IMG/VR virus record: IMGVR_UViG_3300009509_000019
Source of the DNA: an uncultured virus (IMG/VR IMGVR_UViG_3300009509_000019)
Lineage: Duplodnaviria; Heunggongvirae; Uroviricota; Caudoviricetes
Length of the DNA: 20,000 nt
Reading direction: 5' to 3' (one strand)
Made by a program: the position numbers and the translations under genes. A model generated the notes under the pieces. The model was not told the DNA's origin. It was given only the letters and a program-made list of their open reading frames with translations, and made no database searches. Shown in pieces: positions 8,261 through 18,200 of the stretch; the first letter of the stretch is position 1; each line of letters opens with the position of its first letter.

Positions 8261-8804
8261 ACAGCAGGCTCTGCTTGAATGGGCACAGACTGCTACGCTC
8301 AAGGTGCGCAACAAACCAGACCACCTATTAACTCGACCTCAAAACGAAGGGAAGCAACCAACTACTGGTGATCGTAAGTCGGATTTCATTTCAGATAATG
8401 GGCCACCAGTGTTCTATGAAGTGCAGCAGCGAGCCACTGAAAGGTTTGGTTTGGAGGACAGGCTGCCCGAACACCTGAATCGGATAGGCAAACTCATTAT
8501 CCATGAGGAGGATAGTGAAACGCCTGACCACATTGATTACTTCCGGCACATGGGGCCGGGGTTTACAAGGGCCACGTTGATTGTACAACTGCCAGAAGAA
8601 GGCGGGAAACTGTCTGTTGATGGTGTGGAGTTGTACTTACCTGAACGTGCCCTCGCCATTTATGATGCGAGCAAATCGCATTCAGTGAGTCTTGTAACAA
8701 AAGGGAGACGCATCGCTTATGTCTTCGGTTGGAAAGATACTGCCGGTACTATGGATGAGCTTATTGCTGCTCGGGTGCGCGAGTACGGAAGACACGCCGT
8801 ATAG
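8220..8804 (+). CDS. 2OG-Fe(II) oxygenase (prolyl-4-hydroxylase-like), about 194 aa
   Basis: Start moved from 8046 to GTG 8220. N-terminal IITDFISAPEQQALLEWA, the HxD motif (PDHID), PEEGGKL and the distal H with 2OG-binding R (SHSVSLVTKGRR) are all present. Confidence 0.87.
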   Translation: MNTQIITDFISAPEQQALLEWAQTATLKVRNKPDHLLTRPQNEGKQPTTGDRKSDFISDNGPPVFYEVQQRATERFGLEDRLPEHLNRIGKLIIHEEDSETPDHIDYFRHMGPGFTRATLIVQLPEEGGKLSVDGVELYLPERALAIYDASKSHSVSLVTKGRRIAYVFGWKDTAGTMDELIAARVREYGRHAV

Positions 8805-8952
8805 AGTCAACTCGTTCAGCCCTAAAAAGGGCCCGTCGTGTCCCGGCGACCTTGTTGCCATGTGTGACATGCACATGGGCAAACCGATTCTGTGCGAGTG
8901 CGTAGCGCCTAGCAGTGTGATGGGTGTTGAGGAGTATGTGGACGACGAATAG
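8719..8952 (+). CDS. Small Cys-rich lipoprotein, 77 aa
   Basis: Signal-peptide-II pattern with basic K6, hydrophobic ILPVLWMSLLLL and lipobox LLG/C20. Four more Cys and an acidic tail follow. AAGGGAG lies at 8701-8707, and the ORF fills the gap between the oxygenase and GNAT genes. Confidence 0.68.
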   Translation: MSSVGKILPVLWMSLLLLGCASTEDTPYRVNSFSPKKGPSCPGDLVAMCDMHMGKPILCECVAPSSVMGVEEYVDDE

Positions 8953-9397
8953 CACAGACGTAGACAAGCTCGGCGCATGGGCTTGGGAGCGTATGGGTTA
9001 TCCAGACGCTTGGACACCTGTTGGCAGGTCAGCGCTGGGGTTCATTAACGACAAGGGCGAGGTGTTGTGGGCGGCCGTTTACGAGGAGTATCACCCCAAC
9101 GGATCGGTCAGAATCCACATCGCAATAAGTAGCCCTAAGTTCGTGACAAGACGAGCAATTTCTGAAGTTTTCGAGTATCCTTTCTATCAACTTGGTGTGA
9201 AGAAAGTGATAGGGATTGTCGATAGTGCCAACACCGCTGCCCTTGCATTCGATATCAGACTCGGCTTCAAGATCGAAGCCGTTGTTAAGGATGCGTATGA
9301 CATGGGTGATATGTACATACTTTCTATGACACGGGATGAGTGTCAATGGCTAAGAGGTAAGGAAGATGGGAGCCAAAGGGCCACCGCCGCCGCCTGA
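8936..9397 (+). CDS. GNAT-fold acetyltransferase-like virion assembly protein (alternative start GTG 8924)
   Basis: RimJ/RimL-type motifs FEYPFYQLGVKKVIGIVDSANTAALAFDIRLGFKIE and YILSMTRDECQWL. Its position just before the internal virion proteins matches GNAT-like genes of podoviruses (T7 gp13 / P22 gp14 position). Confidence 0.85.
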   Translation: MWTTNSTDVDKLGAWAWERMGYPDAWTPVGRSALGFINDKGEVLWAAVYEEYHPNGSVRIHIAISSPKFVTRRAISEVFEYPFYQLGVKKVIGIVDSANTAALAFDIRLGFKIEAVVKDAYDMGDMYILSMTRDECQWLRGKEDGSQRATAAA

Positions 9398-10448
9398 TAC
9401 CAGTAAATACTCCGACTCCGCATACGCTCAGGGTCAGCTCATGCAGAAGTGGGGCAAGGAGATATACGAGACTGGTCAGCAGCAATGGCAGCAGATTCGT
9501 GACTGGGGCGGAGGCTTCATGTCAAAGGTCATGCCTGCCATGGAAGACATGTTCCAGTGGGCCGACGAAGCCAAGCAGCGATATGAGAATCTCACGATGC
9601 CTCAGATCGAGAGCTTGTTCAAAGAGGCCGACACCTACGCATCCAAAGCCGAGGAGAATCGCCAGCGAGCTGCTGCAGTCCAAGATGTATCCAACGCTAT
9701 GGAGGCTCAGCGAGCCGCTCACGAGCGCAGGTTGAGAGCCTATGGTTCTGACCCATCCGAGATTTCAGACCAAGCCTTGGACAAGCAGGGCGGCATCACG
9801 CAGGCTGCAGCGAGTGCTCTGGCAGCCAACCAAGCAGGTGAGCGAACGAAAGAGATTGGCCGGAACCTCCGGAACCAAGCTATCGGAGTGGGCCAAGGGT
9901 TCGCTAACCAGTATGCACAAGGCACCATGCAGGGTGCTGGGCTTGGTGCTCAAGGTATTGGCACTTACACCGGCGCAGCACAGACCGGCATGGGGTTATC
10001 CGGACAGGCCATGCCCTACATGGGTGGTGCGTATCAAGGCTTTGACCTTGGCGCAGGCATTGTGGACACGGCCTATGGCCGCGAGCTTCAGGCTACTGAG
10101 CTGTCCAATGCTGCTCAAGCTCAGAACTTCAGCCAGATGATGCAGGTCGGCCAGAGCGTAGGCGGCATGATCCCCGGCATGGCTGAGGGTGGCCCCGTGT
10201 TAGGGCCCGGTGGCCCGACAGATGATGCAGGAGCTATCGCCATCAGTGACGGAGAGTATGTCATACCGGCTGATGTTGTCAGGAAGCTGGGAACAAACTA
10301 CTTCGACAAGATGATCGAGAAAGAGACAGGCAGACCGCCGCCCGCCGTAAAAGAGGCGCTACCCATTCCGGGCCAGCAGAAGCAAGCGGCAATGTCACAA
10401 CCACAGCCACAGATGGCAAACCAGCCAGAAGCTGGTGTACTGAGGTAA
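9366..10448 (+). CDS. Internal virion / DNA ejection protein 1, 360 aa
   Basis: N-terminal MGAKGPPPPPD, a Q/A-rich helical part, a Gly-rich hydrophobic region and a C-terminal module MAEGGPVLGPGGPTDD..ISDGEYVIPADVVRKLG. GAGGT/AAGGA lie upstream, and it follows the GNAT gene. Confidence 0.75.
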   Translation: MGAKGPPPPPDTSKYSDSAYAQGQLMQKWGKEIYETGQQQWQQIRDWGGGFMSKVMPAMEDMFQWADEAKQRYENLTMPQIESLFKEADTYASKAEENRQRAAAVQDVSNAMEAQRAAHERRLRAYGSDPSEISDQALDKQGGITQAAASALAANQAGERTKEIGRNLRNQAIGVGQGFANQYAQGTMQGAGLGAQGIGTYTGAAQTGMGLSGQAMPYMGGAYQGFDLGAGIVDTAYGRELQATELSNAAQAQNFSQMMQVGQSVGGMIPGMAEGGPVLGPGGPTDDAGAIAISDGEYVIPADVVRKLGTNYFDKMIEKETGRPPPAVKEALPIPGQQKQAAMSQPQPQMANQPEAGVLR

Positions 10449-10454
10449 GGAGAG
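10447..10454 (+). promoter_or_regulatory. Shine-Dalgarno site for ATG 10459
   Basis: AAGGAGAG upstream of ATG, in the only real intergenic gap of the window (10449-10458). Confidence 0.7.
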
Positions 10455-10458
10455 CTCA

Positions 10459-12231
10459 ATGGTTTGGGGAGTAATAGCTGGTCTGGGCCCGGGCATGATG
10501 GAGCGTAGGGAATCTGATGAGAAGATTGCCTCGTCCAAGTCGAAGCGCACTATTGCCGAAGCAAAAGAAGGACGCGAAGCCAAGAAGTTTGATTGGTGGC
10601 AAAAGCAAGCTGACATGATTGGTCAGCGTCCCATGGATATGTACCAAGAAGGGCGTAGAGCTGTTGATGATCCGCAGCTGTGGGCACAGTGGTACGGTAC
10701 GCAACAGTCTATCAACAACGTCCTTCCCGCTATTGGTGCCATTAACCAGATGCCATACCAGATGCCCATGCAGCAAGGTGGGCCACCTGCCGGTGCTCTA
10801 CCCGGCACGGGCGAAGCGGCAAATCCTGAGTACGATCCTAACCAGTACAACACTTTCGAGCCTACCAGCGTGAGTGCCGGTGGGTATCAGAACGCCCCGG
10901 GCGCTGCCGATGGTGGGCCAATCCAAGTACCGGCTCAGCAGGCGCTACCGGCACAGCCGCAAGCACAGCCAGCTCAGATGCCTCCGCAACAGGAGATGCC
11001 CTCTCGTCGTGAACGTTACAACGAGTGGTACGGCAAGATGGAACGGATGTCGTTCCTCAATGGCGGCATGGAGGGGCTGTCCCAGTTCCGTGAAATGGAA
11101 GATGCTACGTCCCGCAGGCAGGCGCTTGGATATGCACAGCAGTCAGCCACGGCGATGAATGAAGGCATGGTTGGAGAAGCCATGCGTCTCGGTAACAGTG
11201 CTCTTGAATCGTTGTCCTTCGATAGCGGCATGGAGTTCGTAGCACAGGATGGCAAGCTGCACCTCAAAGGCAGGGACGGCTCGCTCAGTGGTGAACTGAA
11301 GACACAAGACCTCATGGGTTTCGTTGACCAGTACATGAAGACGCCCGAGCAGTACCTTGATTGGAAGAAAGCTGAGGAGACGCAGCGTTCCAACGAGGCT
11401 AACGAGGCATTGCGTGGCCGCGAAGCTGCTGTCTCTGAGCGTCAGATGACGCTGGATGAGGAGCTGGAACCGAGAAAGACTGCGGCAACAGAGGCTACGG
11501 CTCTTGCCGCCCTACGTAACTCTGACGCTGCTCTTGCCCGTGCGATGGACTCATCAGGTGACTATGGGTGGGACGCTAACAATGCTTTGAGGATTGGTCA
11601 GCAGGTGCTGGACTGGTCGCTCAATGACTTTACTGGGTTGTCTGACGAAGTAGATGATTACTACGACGACAACCAGCAGGAGTTCGCCAACCTGAAATCT
11701 GGTGTTGCCCAGATCATGGTGTCAAACCCGTTCGACGAGAAGACTCAGTCTGGGTATGTCGATCCTGATTTGGCAGCGACTGTGTACCAGCTGATTACGC
11801 TGCCCGGTGGTATGGACATGGGTGGACAGAGCATCAAAGTAGGCAGCCATCCGGATGCTCCCGGCGAGGTATTTGCTACCTACGAAGGGAAGACCATCAG
11901 GCTGCCGCCACAGCTGCACGATAAGGCAAGAGCGTTGAACCCTGAAGCATTCAAGCAACAGGGGGCTCTGCCCGGAGCTAACACTCAAACCAATCCTTCT
12001 GGCGGGGTAACACAAAGCGATTCTGCTGGCGGGGAAACACAAAGCAGCCTTATGAAGTTTAGCCGCGATCAGATCAGGAATATGGACGCCGCCCAAGTAA
12101 TCCGAAGTGGCGAGACTTGGGCTAAAAATGGATTCGACGTACAGGATGTCGTAGACAAAATTATAGCTCGCGGAGCTACTAGCCCCCTCGAACGTAAACA
12201 AATGCAAGAGATGCTTGATGGATTAAGTTGA
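10459..12231 (+). CDS. Internal virion / DNA ejection protein 2, 590 aa
   Basis: Strong RBS, helical Q/E/A/M-rich sequence with P/Q-rich linkers and no Cys. It lies between ejection protein 1 and the giant SLT protein. No catalytic motif recognised. Confidence 0.72.
   Translation: MVWGVIAGLGPGMMERRESDEKIASSKSKRTIAEAKEGREAKKFDWWQKQADMIGQRPMDMYQEGRRAVDDPQLWAQWYGTQQSINNVLPAIGAINQMPYQMPMQQGGPPAGALPGTGEAANPEYDPNQYNTFEPTSVSAGGYQNAPGAADGGPIQVPAQQALPAQPQAQPAQMPPQQEMPSRRERYNEWYGKMERMSFLNGGMEGLSQFREMEDATSRRQALGYAQQSATAMNEGMVGEAMRLGNSALESLSFDSGMEFVAQDGKLHLKGRDGSLSGELKTQDLMGFVDQYMKTPEQYLDWKKAEETQRSNEANEALRGREAAVSERQMTLDEELEPRKTAATEATALAALRNSDAALARAMDSSGDYGWDANNALRIGQQVLDWSLNDFTGLSDEVDDYYDDNQQEFANLKSGVAQIMVSNPFDEKTQSGYVDPDLAATVYQLITLPGGMDMGGQSIKVGSHPDAPGEVFATYEGKTIRLPPQLHDKARALNPEAFKQQGALPGANTQTNPSGGVTQSDSAGGETQSSLMKFSRDQIRNMDAAQVIRSGETWAKNGFDVQDVVDKIIARGATSPLERKQMQEMLDGLS
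11999..12045 (+). repeat. Direct repeat, 20 nt x 2 with 27-nt period
   Basis: CTGGCGGGGTAACACAAAGC (11999-12018) and CTGGCGGGGAAACACAAAGC (12026-12045), 19/20 identical, encoding GGVTQS and GGETQS. Confidence 0.85.
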
Positions 12232-15200
12232 TGTCAGTAGACCCTCGACAACTCGATCCTAACAAGTTCTCTTGGTCATCTAACGATTACGCTCCTGACA
12301 CACCCACCGCTGAACCGTTACAAGACCTAGAAGCACAGCTTGGCGACCTCACTTCCGACAGTGAGCGTCGTGCTGTCTACTATTCTCCTGCCCAGAAGCA
12401 ATACCCTGACCCGCCGAAAGGGGCAATCGTTATCGAGGACTTCGATAACAAAGGCGGCGTTCTTGTCACAAAAGATTTAGAGACTGCAGACTACGCTTTG
12501 GCACAGCAAAGTGCTGGGCGTGACATGCAGGAAATCCTTGGCGAACTGACCTTGGCTGGGTCAGGTAAGCCCAACATACCTGACGATCAAGCTCTTGTAG
12601 TTCAGAAGCAGACACCTGACGGTGCCGTGCAAAGAGAGTCTGTGGTCGCCACACCGGAAGAAGCAGCAGCCCTGCAAATAGAATGGGGCGAAGGCACTGT
12701 CATCACTGGTGTTCCAGATGCAGTGAAGCGTCGTGAGCAGCTGATCCAAGGAGCTGCCAGAGACGCAAACCTTAGTGCCCAGCTCGTCGCTAACGTCATG
12801 ACTCAAGAGTCAGGAGGGCACCAATACGCACGATCAGGGGCCGGAGCCATAGGCTTGATGCAACTCATGGAGGGCACCGCTGAGGATCTCGGTGTTGACC
12901 CTTACGATGCTGAGCAGAACGTTAAGGGAGGTACTCGCTATCTCCGTCAGATGCTTGACAAGTACGACCAAGATCTTGACAAGGCACTGGCAGCATACAA
13001 CTGGGGACAAGGCAACCTCGATAAGTTGTTGGAGTCGAAAGGTGAGGAGTGGAAAGCCCATTTGCCTGAGGAGACGGCTAACTACGTAGCAAAGCTGGGT
13101 GGCGGCGGCATTGTAGGTAAGCAGCGGGCCGCACTGGTAGACCCCGGCGAAATGTACCATCCAACTCGTGAGAGCATGGATAAAGCCTCTCGCCTCGCAC
13201 AAGCAGTGCTTATCCCCGGCTTGCAGGATAGCCCTATTCTCCGTGAAGTTGACTGGGAGACGGCACCGACTGGCCGACAAGCAGGCGGCACAAACGTACC
13301 TGTTACTCGTCTCGATCCTAATGGGTTCCAGTGGGCAGAGCCGCTAGAGCGTGCTGAACCTGAAGACGCTTATGGCTGGGGACACAGGAACGCTTGGATG
13401 CGTGGCTGGATACGCCTTGGTCAGATGATCGACATTGCCCAAGGGGATGTCGAGGAGTACACCGAAGGGGCTGAAGACCTTAAAAAGTACGGTGTCTCTG
13501 AAGAAGATCAGAAGCGTCTTGAGGAGCTGCAGCAGTCGGATGGCTTCTGGTCTGCTCTTGGGTACTACATCAAGAACCCGTCACTGGCCATACAGGTGGT
13601 GCTCGAAAGTCTGCCCATGTCTATTGCACCGTTGCTCGGCGGTGCAGCTGGCGGTACGGCTGGTACAGCCGTGGGCGGCCCTGTTGGTACGGTGCTTGGA
13701 ACCATGGCCGGTGCCGGTGCTGGTTCGTTCGCTACGGAATACCTCGCCACATGGGATGAGGTGATGCAGGAAGCGGGCATTGACCCGACTGATCCTGAGC
13801 AGGTCAAGCGAGCATTCAGTGATCCTGAGATCATTGAGAGAGCCAGAGAGATGGGCTCCAAGCGAGGCATCGGTGTAGCCGCGTTCGATGCTCTGTCTAT
13901 GGGTATCGCTGGCCGCATCTACAAACCCCTCAAAGGGCTGGCTGGCCCGTTCCAGAAGACCGGTGCTGTCCTTGGCGGCACATCAGAGCTTGTTGCTCAG
14001 GGCGCTGCCGGTGCTCTTGGCGAAGCCTCGGCACAGCAACTGGCGGGACAAGAGTATGACCCCGCCGCAGTAGCAGGCGAGTTCGTTGGCGAACTCGTAC
14101 CCGGCCTTGGCGAAATTGCTATCAACAAGATGCGCGGCCGTGACGCTGCTGGTAACAAGCCAGAAGATGACACGAACTTGGCAGCACGGGATGTACCCGA
14201 GCCAGAAGACACGGGGGCTGTGCCCCCAACCGGCGAGCCACCTGCTCCCGGTGCAGCACCGCCGAACCTCTCTGACATTGAGAAAGAAGCGGAAGATCAG
14301 AAGATCGAGCCTCCTCCTGAGTCTGAACAGGCGACGACACCTACCAAACCCCCTGAGACTGAAGCGCCTGTAACTCAGGAGGAGGCCGACATTGGTGCAG
14401 CACTCAAGGCAGCCGCCGAGAAGGAGGATGCCGAGGAGACTGCTCGCCTTGAGGCCAAGGAAGCTGAAGCGGCCACGGAAGAAGACTGGCCGATCATCAC
14501 CATCAAGGACATGGGGCCAAAGCTGTCCAAGACCTTCGCCGCTCAGAAAGAAGCGGGGCCGGTACGCAAGGCTTGGAAGGGTGTGGTTGAGGCCATCACC
14601 ACTCGCTATGGCGACGTTGACCTGCCTTCTCCGAAGGGAGCTTTCTCTGGCAGAGGGCTGGCCAAGTTCTTCAAGGTGCTGCAGGAGCAGGTGGATGTAA
14701 CCAAGGACATCCCTGAACTCAAGGAGCTGCTGACACAGATCAGCGGCGAGCAAACCCCAGCCGACATCATCAAGGTACTCGATGGGCTGGCCGGTAAGAT
14801 CAGAGACGAGACGCCGAGCCTTGGAGCGACAGCTGTTCCCGGCTCCGTGGCTGCTCAGGTGCAGTCTGAGTACAACAGCTTCGTCCCGTGGTTCAACAAG
14901 CATCGTGGTGAGTCAAAGGCCAAGGCGACTAAAGGGCGAGCCAATATCAAGGGCACGCCGAAGCGCATCTTTGCCGAGAAGCTGGGGCAGTTCACCGCCG
15001 CAGTTCGTGCGATGGTCTTGGAAGCAGAGAAGGCTGGCGTTATTGCCATGGAGGGATCCGGGTTAGCTGCTGATTACATGCAGTCCTTGGATGCAGCTGA
15101 CCGAGCCATGAATGATGCCATGGCTCCGATGGAAAAGAAGACCAAGCTCAAGTCCGGTGAGGCAGGCAAGACCCTGACCATCAACTGGCGCTCCGATTCA

Positions 15201-18200
15201 CTGGTGGGCATAGCAGAAGATGTTATTGCTATTGCTGAGAACCTGACACCAAAGCTCGCAGAGGCTGAACAGAAGGCTGAGAAGGCAAAAACAGCCAAGG
15301 GTAAGGCTAAGGTCGAGAAGACTTCGCCCGTTACAGAGGCTCCTGCGAAGCCGAAAAAAGCTGAAGCAGCCAAAAAAGTATCGAAAGCCAAGGCTGAAAA
15401 GAAAGCAGCCCCTGAGAAGCCCGCTGCCAAATCGTCTGAAGCCAAGGTAATTGAAGCACAGAAAGCTGTGAAGAAAGGCATGGATGTTAAGTCCATGCTT
15501 GAGCCGCCCGCTACCAGCAAGAAGAAAGTTGAAGTAGAAGGCGAGGCTCGTAGCTACAACGACCTGCGTAAGCGAGCCAAAGAGCTGGGCCTCAAGACCA
15601 CTGGAAAGAAAGATGAGCTGGCCGCACGGGTACAAGAAGCTGAGAAGAACCCGAAGGCTGCTGCACAAAAAGCCAAGGCCATCAAGGAGCAGGCCAAGGA
15701 AACAGAGCGTCAGAAGAAACTGGTGCCGAAGCGTTACCAAGGCAAAAAGTATTTCTTCCACGCTGTTCGCAATGACGAAGACATCGCAACCATCATTAAG
15801 GAAGGGTTGCGTCCCGGCACTAACGTAAGTCGTATCGGCGGCCAAGCGCTGAGTGGCGAAGGCGATACCATTCTTGTCTTTGAAGGTAAGACAGATGAGA
15901 AGGGGTATCAGGACGACCAGCTTGCCAAGGGTGGTGAGCGTCCTATTGCCATCATCAAGGACACTACCCTTGAGGAGCGCGAAGGGGATACGAGAACAGA
16001 GGACGACGTAAACGCACAAGCCACTGCTGTACTCGATGAAATATACGCTCTTGCCGATGAGTATGGTGTAAGTGAAAAGGACGGGTTGAGCCTCGCTCTT
16101 GAGTACGATCCTGACATGCCGACACGTCCCATGGCAGAGATTCAGGCTGAGGGAGAGGCCATGGGCTTTACTCCCGCCGCAGTCAAGAAGATGAAGGCTC
16201 TCGGTGAGCGCTTTGCTGAAGCCAATAAAGCCATTGAACGTTTCGCTGTTGAAGAAGATGTAACAACAGTTGAAGAAAAGGTTACTGAAGCTGACGTCCT
16301 GCAGCGATACCGTCAATACGGAGTCAGTGTCTACAGCACCAAGGGCACAAGGGTTAAGCCTGACGTAGCTGGTGCCCACCCCGATGCTGTCTTCAACCCC
16401 GAACCCAAGAACCTTGTAGGGCCAGAGTCCCGAGAAGCTGCAAAATTAGTCGAGGCTAAAAACCTTGATGAGTCCTTGGAGCGGGCCGGTGTCAAGAAGG
16501 GAACAGTCAAAGTCCTCCGTGGTGTCAAGGATGTACTGACAGAGGAACAGTTCAATGGAGTCGTAGCAGCTGTCTACGACTTCATGAAGAACAAAGACAT
16601 GGTGCGTGTTGCTGGCATGGTGCAGGAAGCCATCGGTAACAGTCCTGTTGCACCGCAGATCATGGAAGCTGTTGCTGACATGGCGCTGGCATTCGATGAA
16701 GCCAAGAGTGTCAGAGAGCAAGAACTTGCTGAGATCAAGGCCGAGGAGGAGATGCTCTGGGATGAGGACGAGCGAGAGATTCTCGGCCTCACCGGACAGT
16801 CGTTCGACGTTGACGATGAAGGCGGTGTCGATGAGTGGGGTGTCGGATGGGACGACAGGCTCCGCAACTTTGTCAACGCTACACTGGGCGAGGTCAATCC
16901 CGACCTGAGCCCTGCTGAAGCTCAGCGTTTGAAGATTGATCGCAGGATCATGAAGGGTGCGCTGGATAAGATTCGTGACCAGCTTGCTCGCATCACCAAG
17001 TCAGCAGAGAACCCCAACCCTGAGTCGATGTCGATGCAGGACTTGGTCAAGCTGATGATTAAAGCCCTGCCGCAGAACCATCGGTACACTCACCTGTTCA
17101 AGATGATCGCAGACTCTGACCTGCGTGATGTACAGGTCACCCTGACTGACAATGTGTTCGACCTTGATGAGTATGGAACCTCGGGCGGGCACTTCAGAAA
17201 GGGCGTGCATCCAGACGGCACAGTCAATCCAAAGGACAGCACTATCGAGGTGCTGTACGACCCAGAGAACCGTCCTGATAACAACTTCGTAAGAACACTA
17301 CTGCATGAAATGCTACATGCAGTGACGACGTTTGCGTACAACACAGACCGGTACTTCCGTACGCACATGGATACCCTGTGGTATCAGGCAGTACGTGCGT
17401 ACGCTGACACCGACCCGAACTTCCCGATGAAGGAAGTCGATGCGAAACTTAACACCGACCCGAGCTCCGCGGTTGCTGCTGATATCATCGAGAGCTACTT
17501 CCGTAACCACGAAGATAAACGACTCATCAATACTTTCTACGGGCTCACTAAGCCTGAAGAAATGATCGCTGAGTCGTTCACCAACCCCTACTTGCAGTCG
17601 TTCTTGGCTGAGACTCCTCTGAAGCAGGAACCCGGTCTGCAACCCAGTGTGTTCACACGGTTGAGTGCTCTCAAGCACAACCTCAAGACGCTGCTGGATG
17701 GGTTCATCCGTGGCATACAAAAACACCTCGGCATTTCCATCAGGAACTCTATCCTTGAGGAAGTGCTGTTGGCTACCACGTCCAACTTTGACAACTTCAT
17801 CTCCTACTCGTTTGCTAACAGAGCCTTCAAGGTCAAGACAGCGATACTCAATCAGAAGATTGCTGAGCTTAATAACAGGCTATCAGTAGCTGACAAGAAG
17901 ATGATACAAGATGCCATCGACAGGGATCCTGCGCTGGCACATCGTCTGCTTGAACGCTACCTGCAACTGAGAGAGGAGCCGAAGCGAGTTGTCGAGCAGA
18001 CCCTGAGGTCAGCTACGACACCGACCAAGGAAGAAAAGAAGAAGGTCACACCGAAGTCCAACGTTGTTAACAACGTGGCGGATGCAGCTCGTGGGCGCAA
18101 CAAGTACGTACGTGAGTCGTTGCAGTCACTTGCTCAAGCCCTGAAGGAGCTGCCCGAACGCACTAACCTTGGGTTCATGTCTCGTGACCAGATCGAACGT

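Noticed and set aside
1008..8314. Antisense and out-of-frame ORFs over tail and enzyme genes, e.g. 3291-4130, 5402-6316 and 7622-8314
   Set aside because: They are fully nested in well-supported genes and show no motifs or convincing RBS.
9366..10448. Tape-measure protein of a long-tailed phage
   Set aside because: Only 360 aa, with no tail tube or chaperone genes nearby. The context (GNAT followed by three internal proteins) is podovirus-like.
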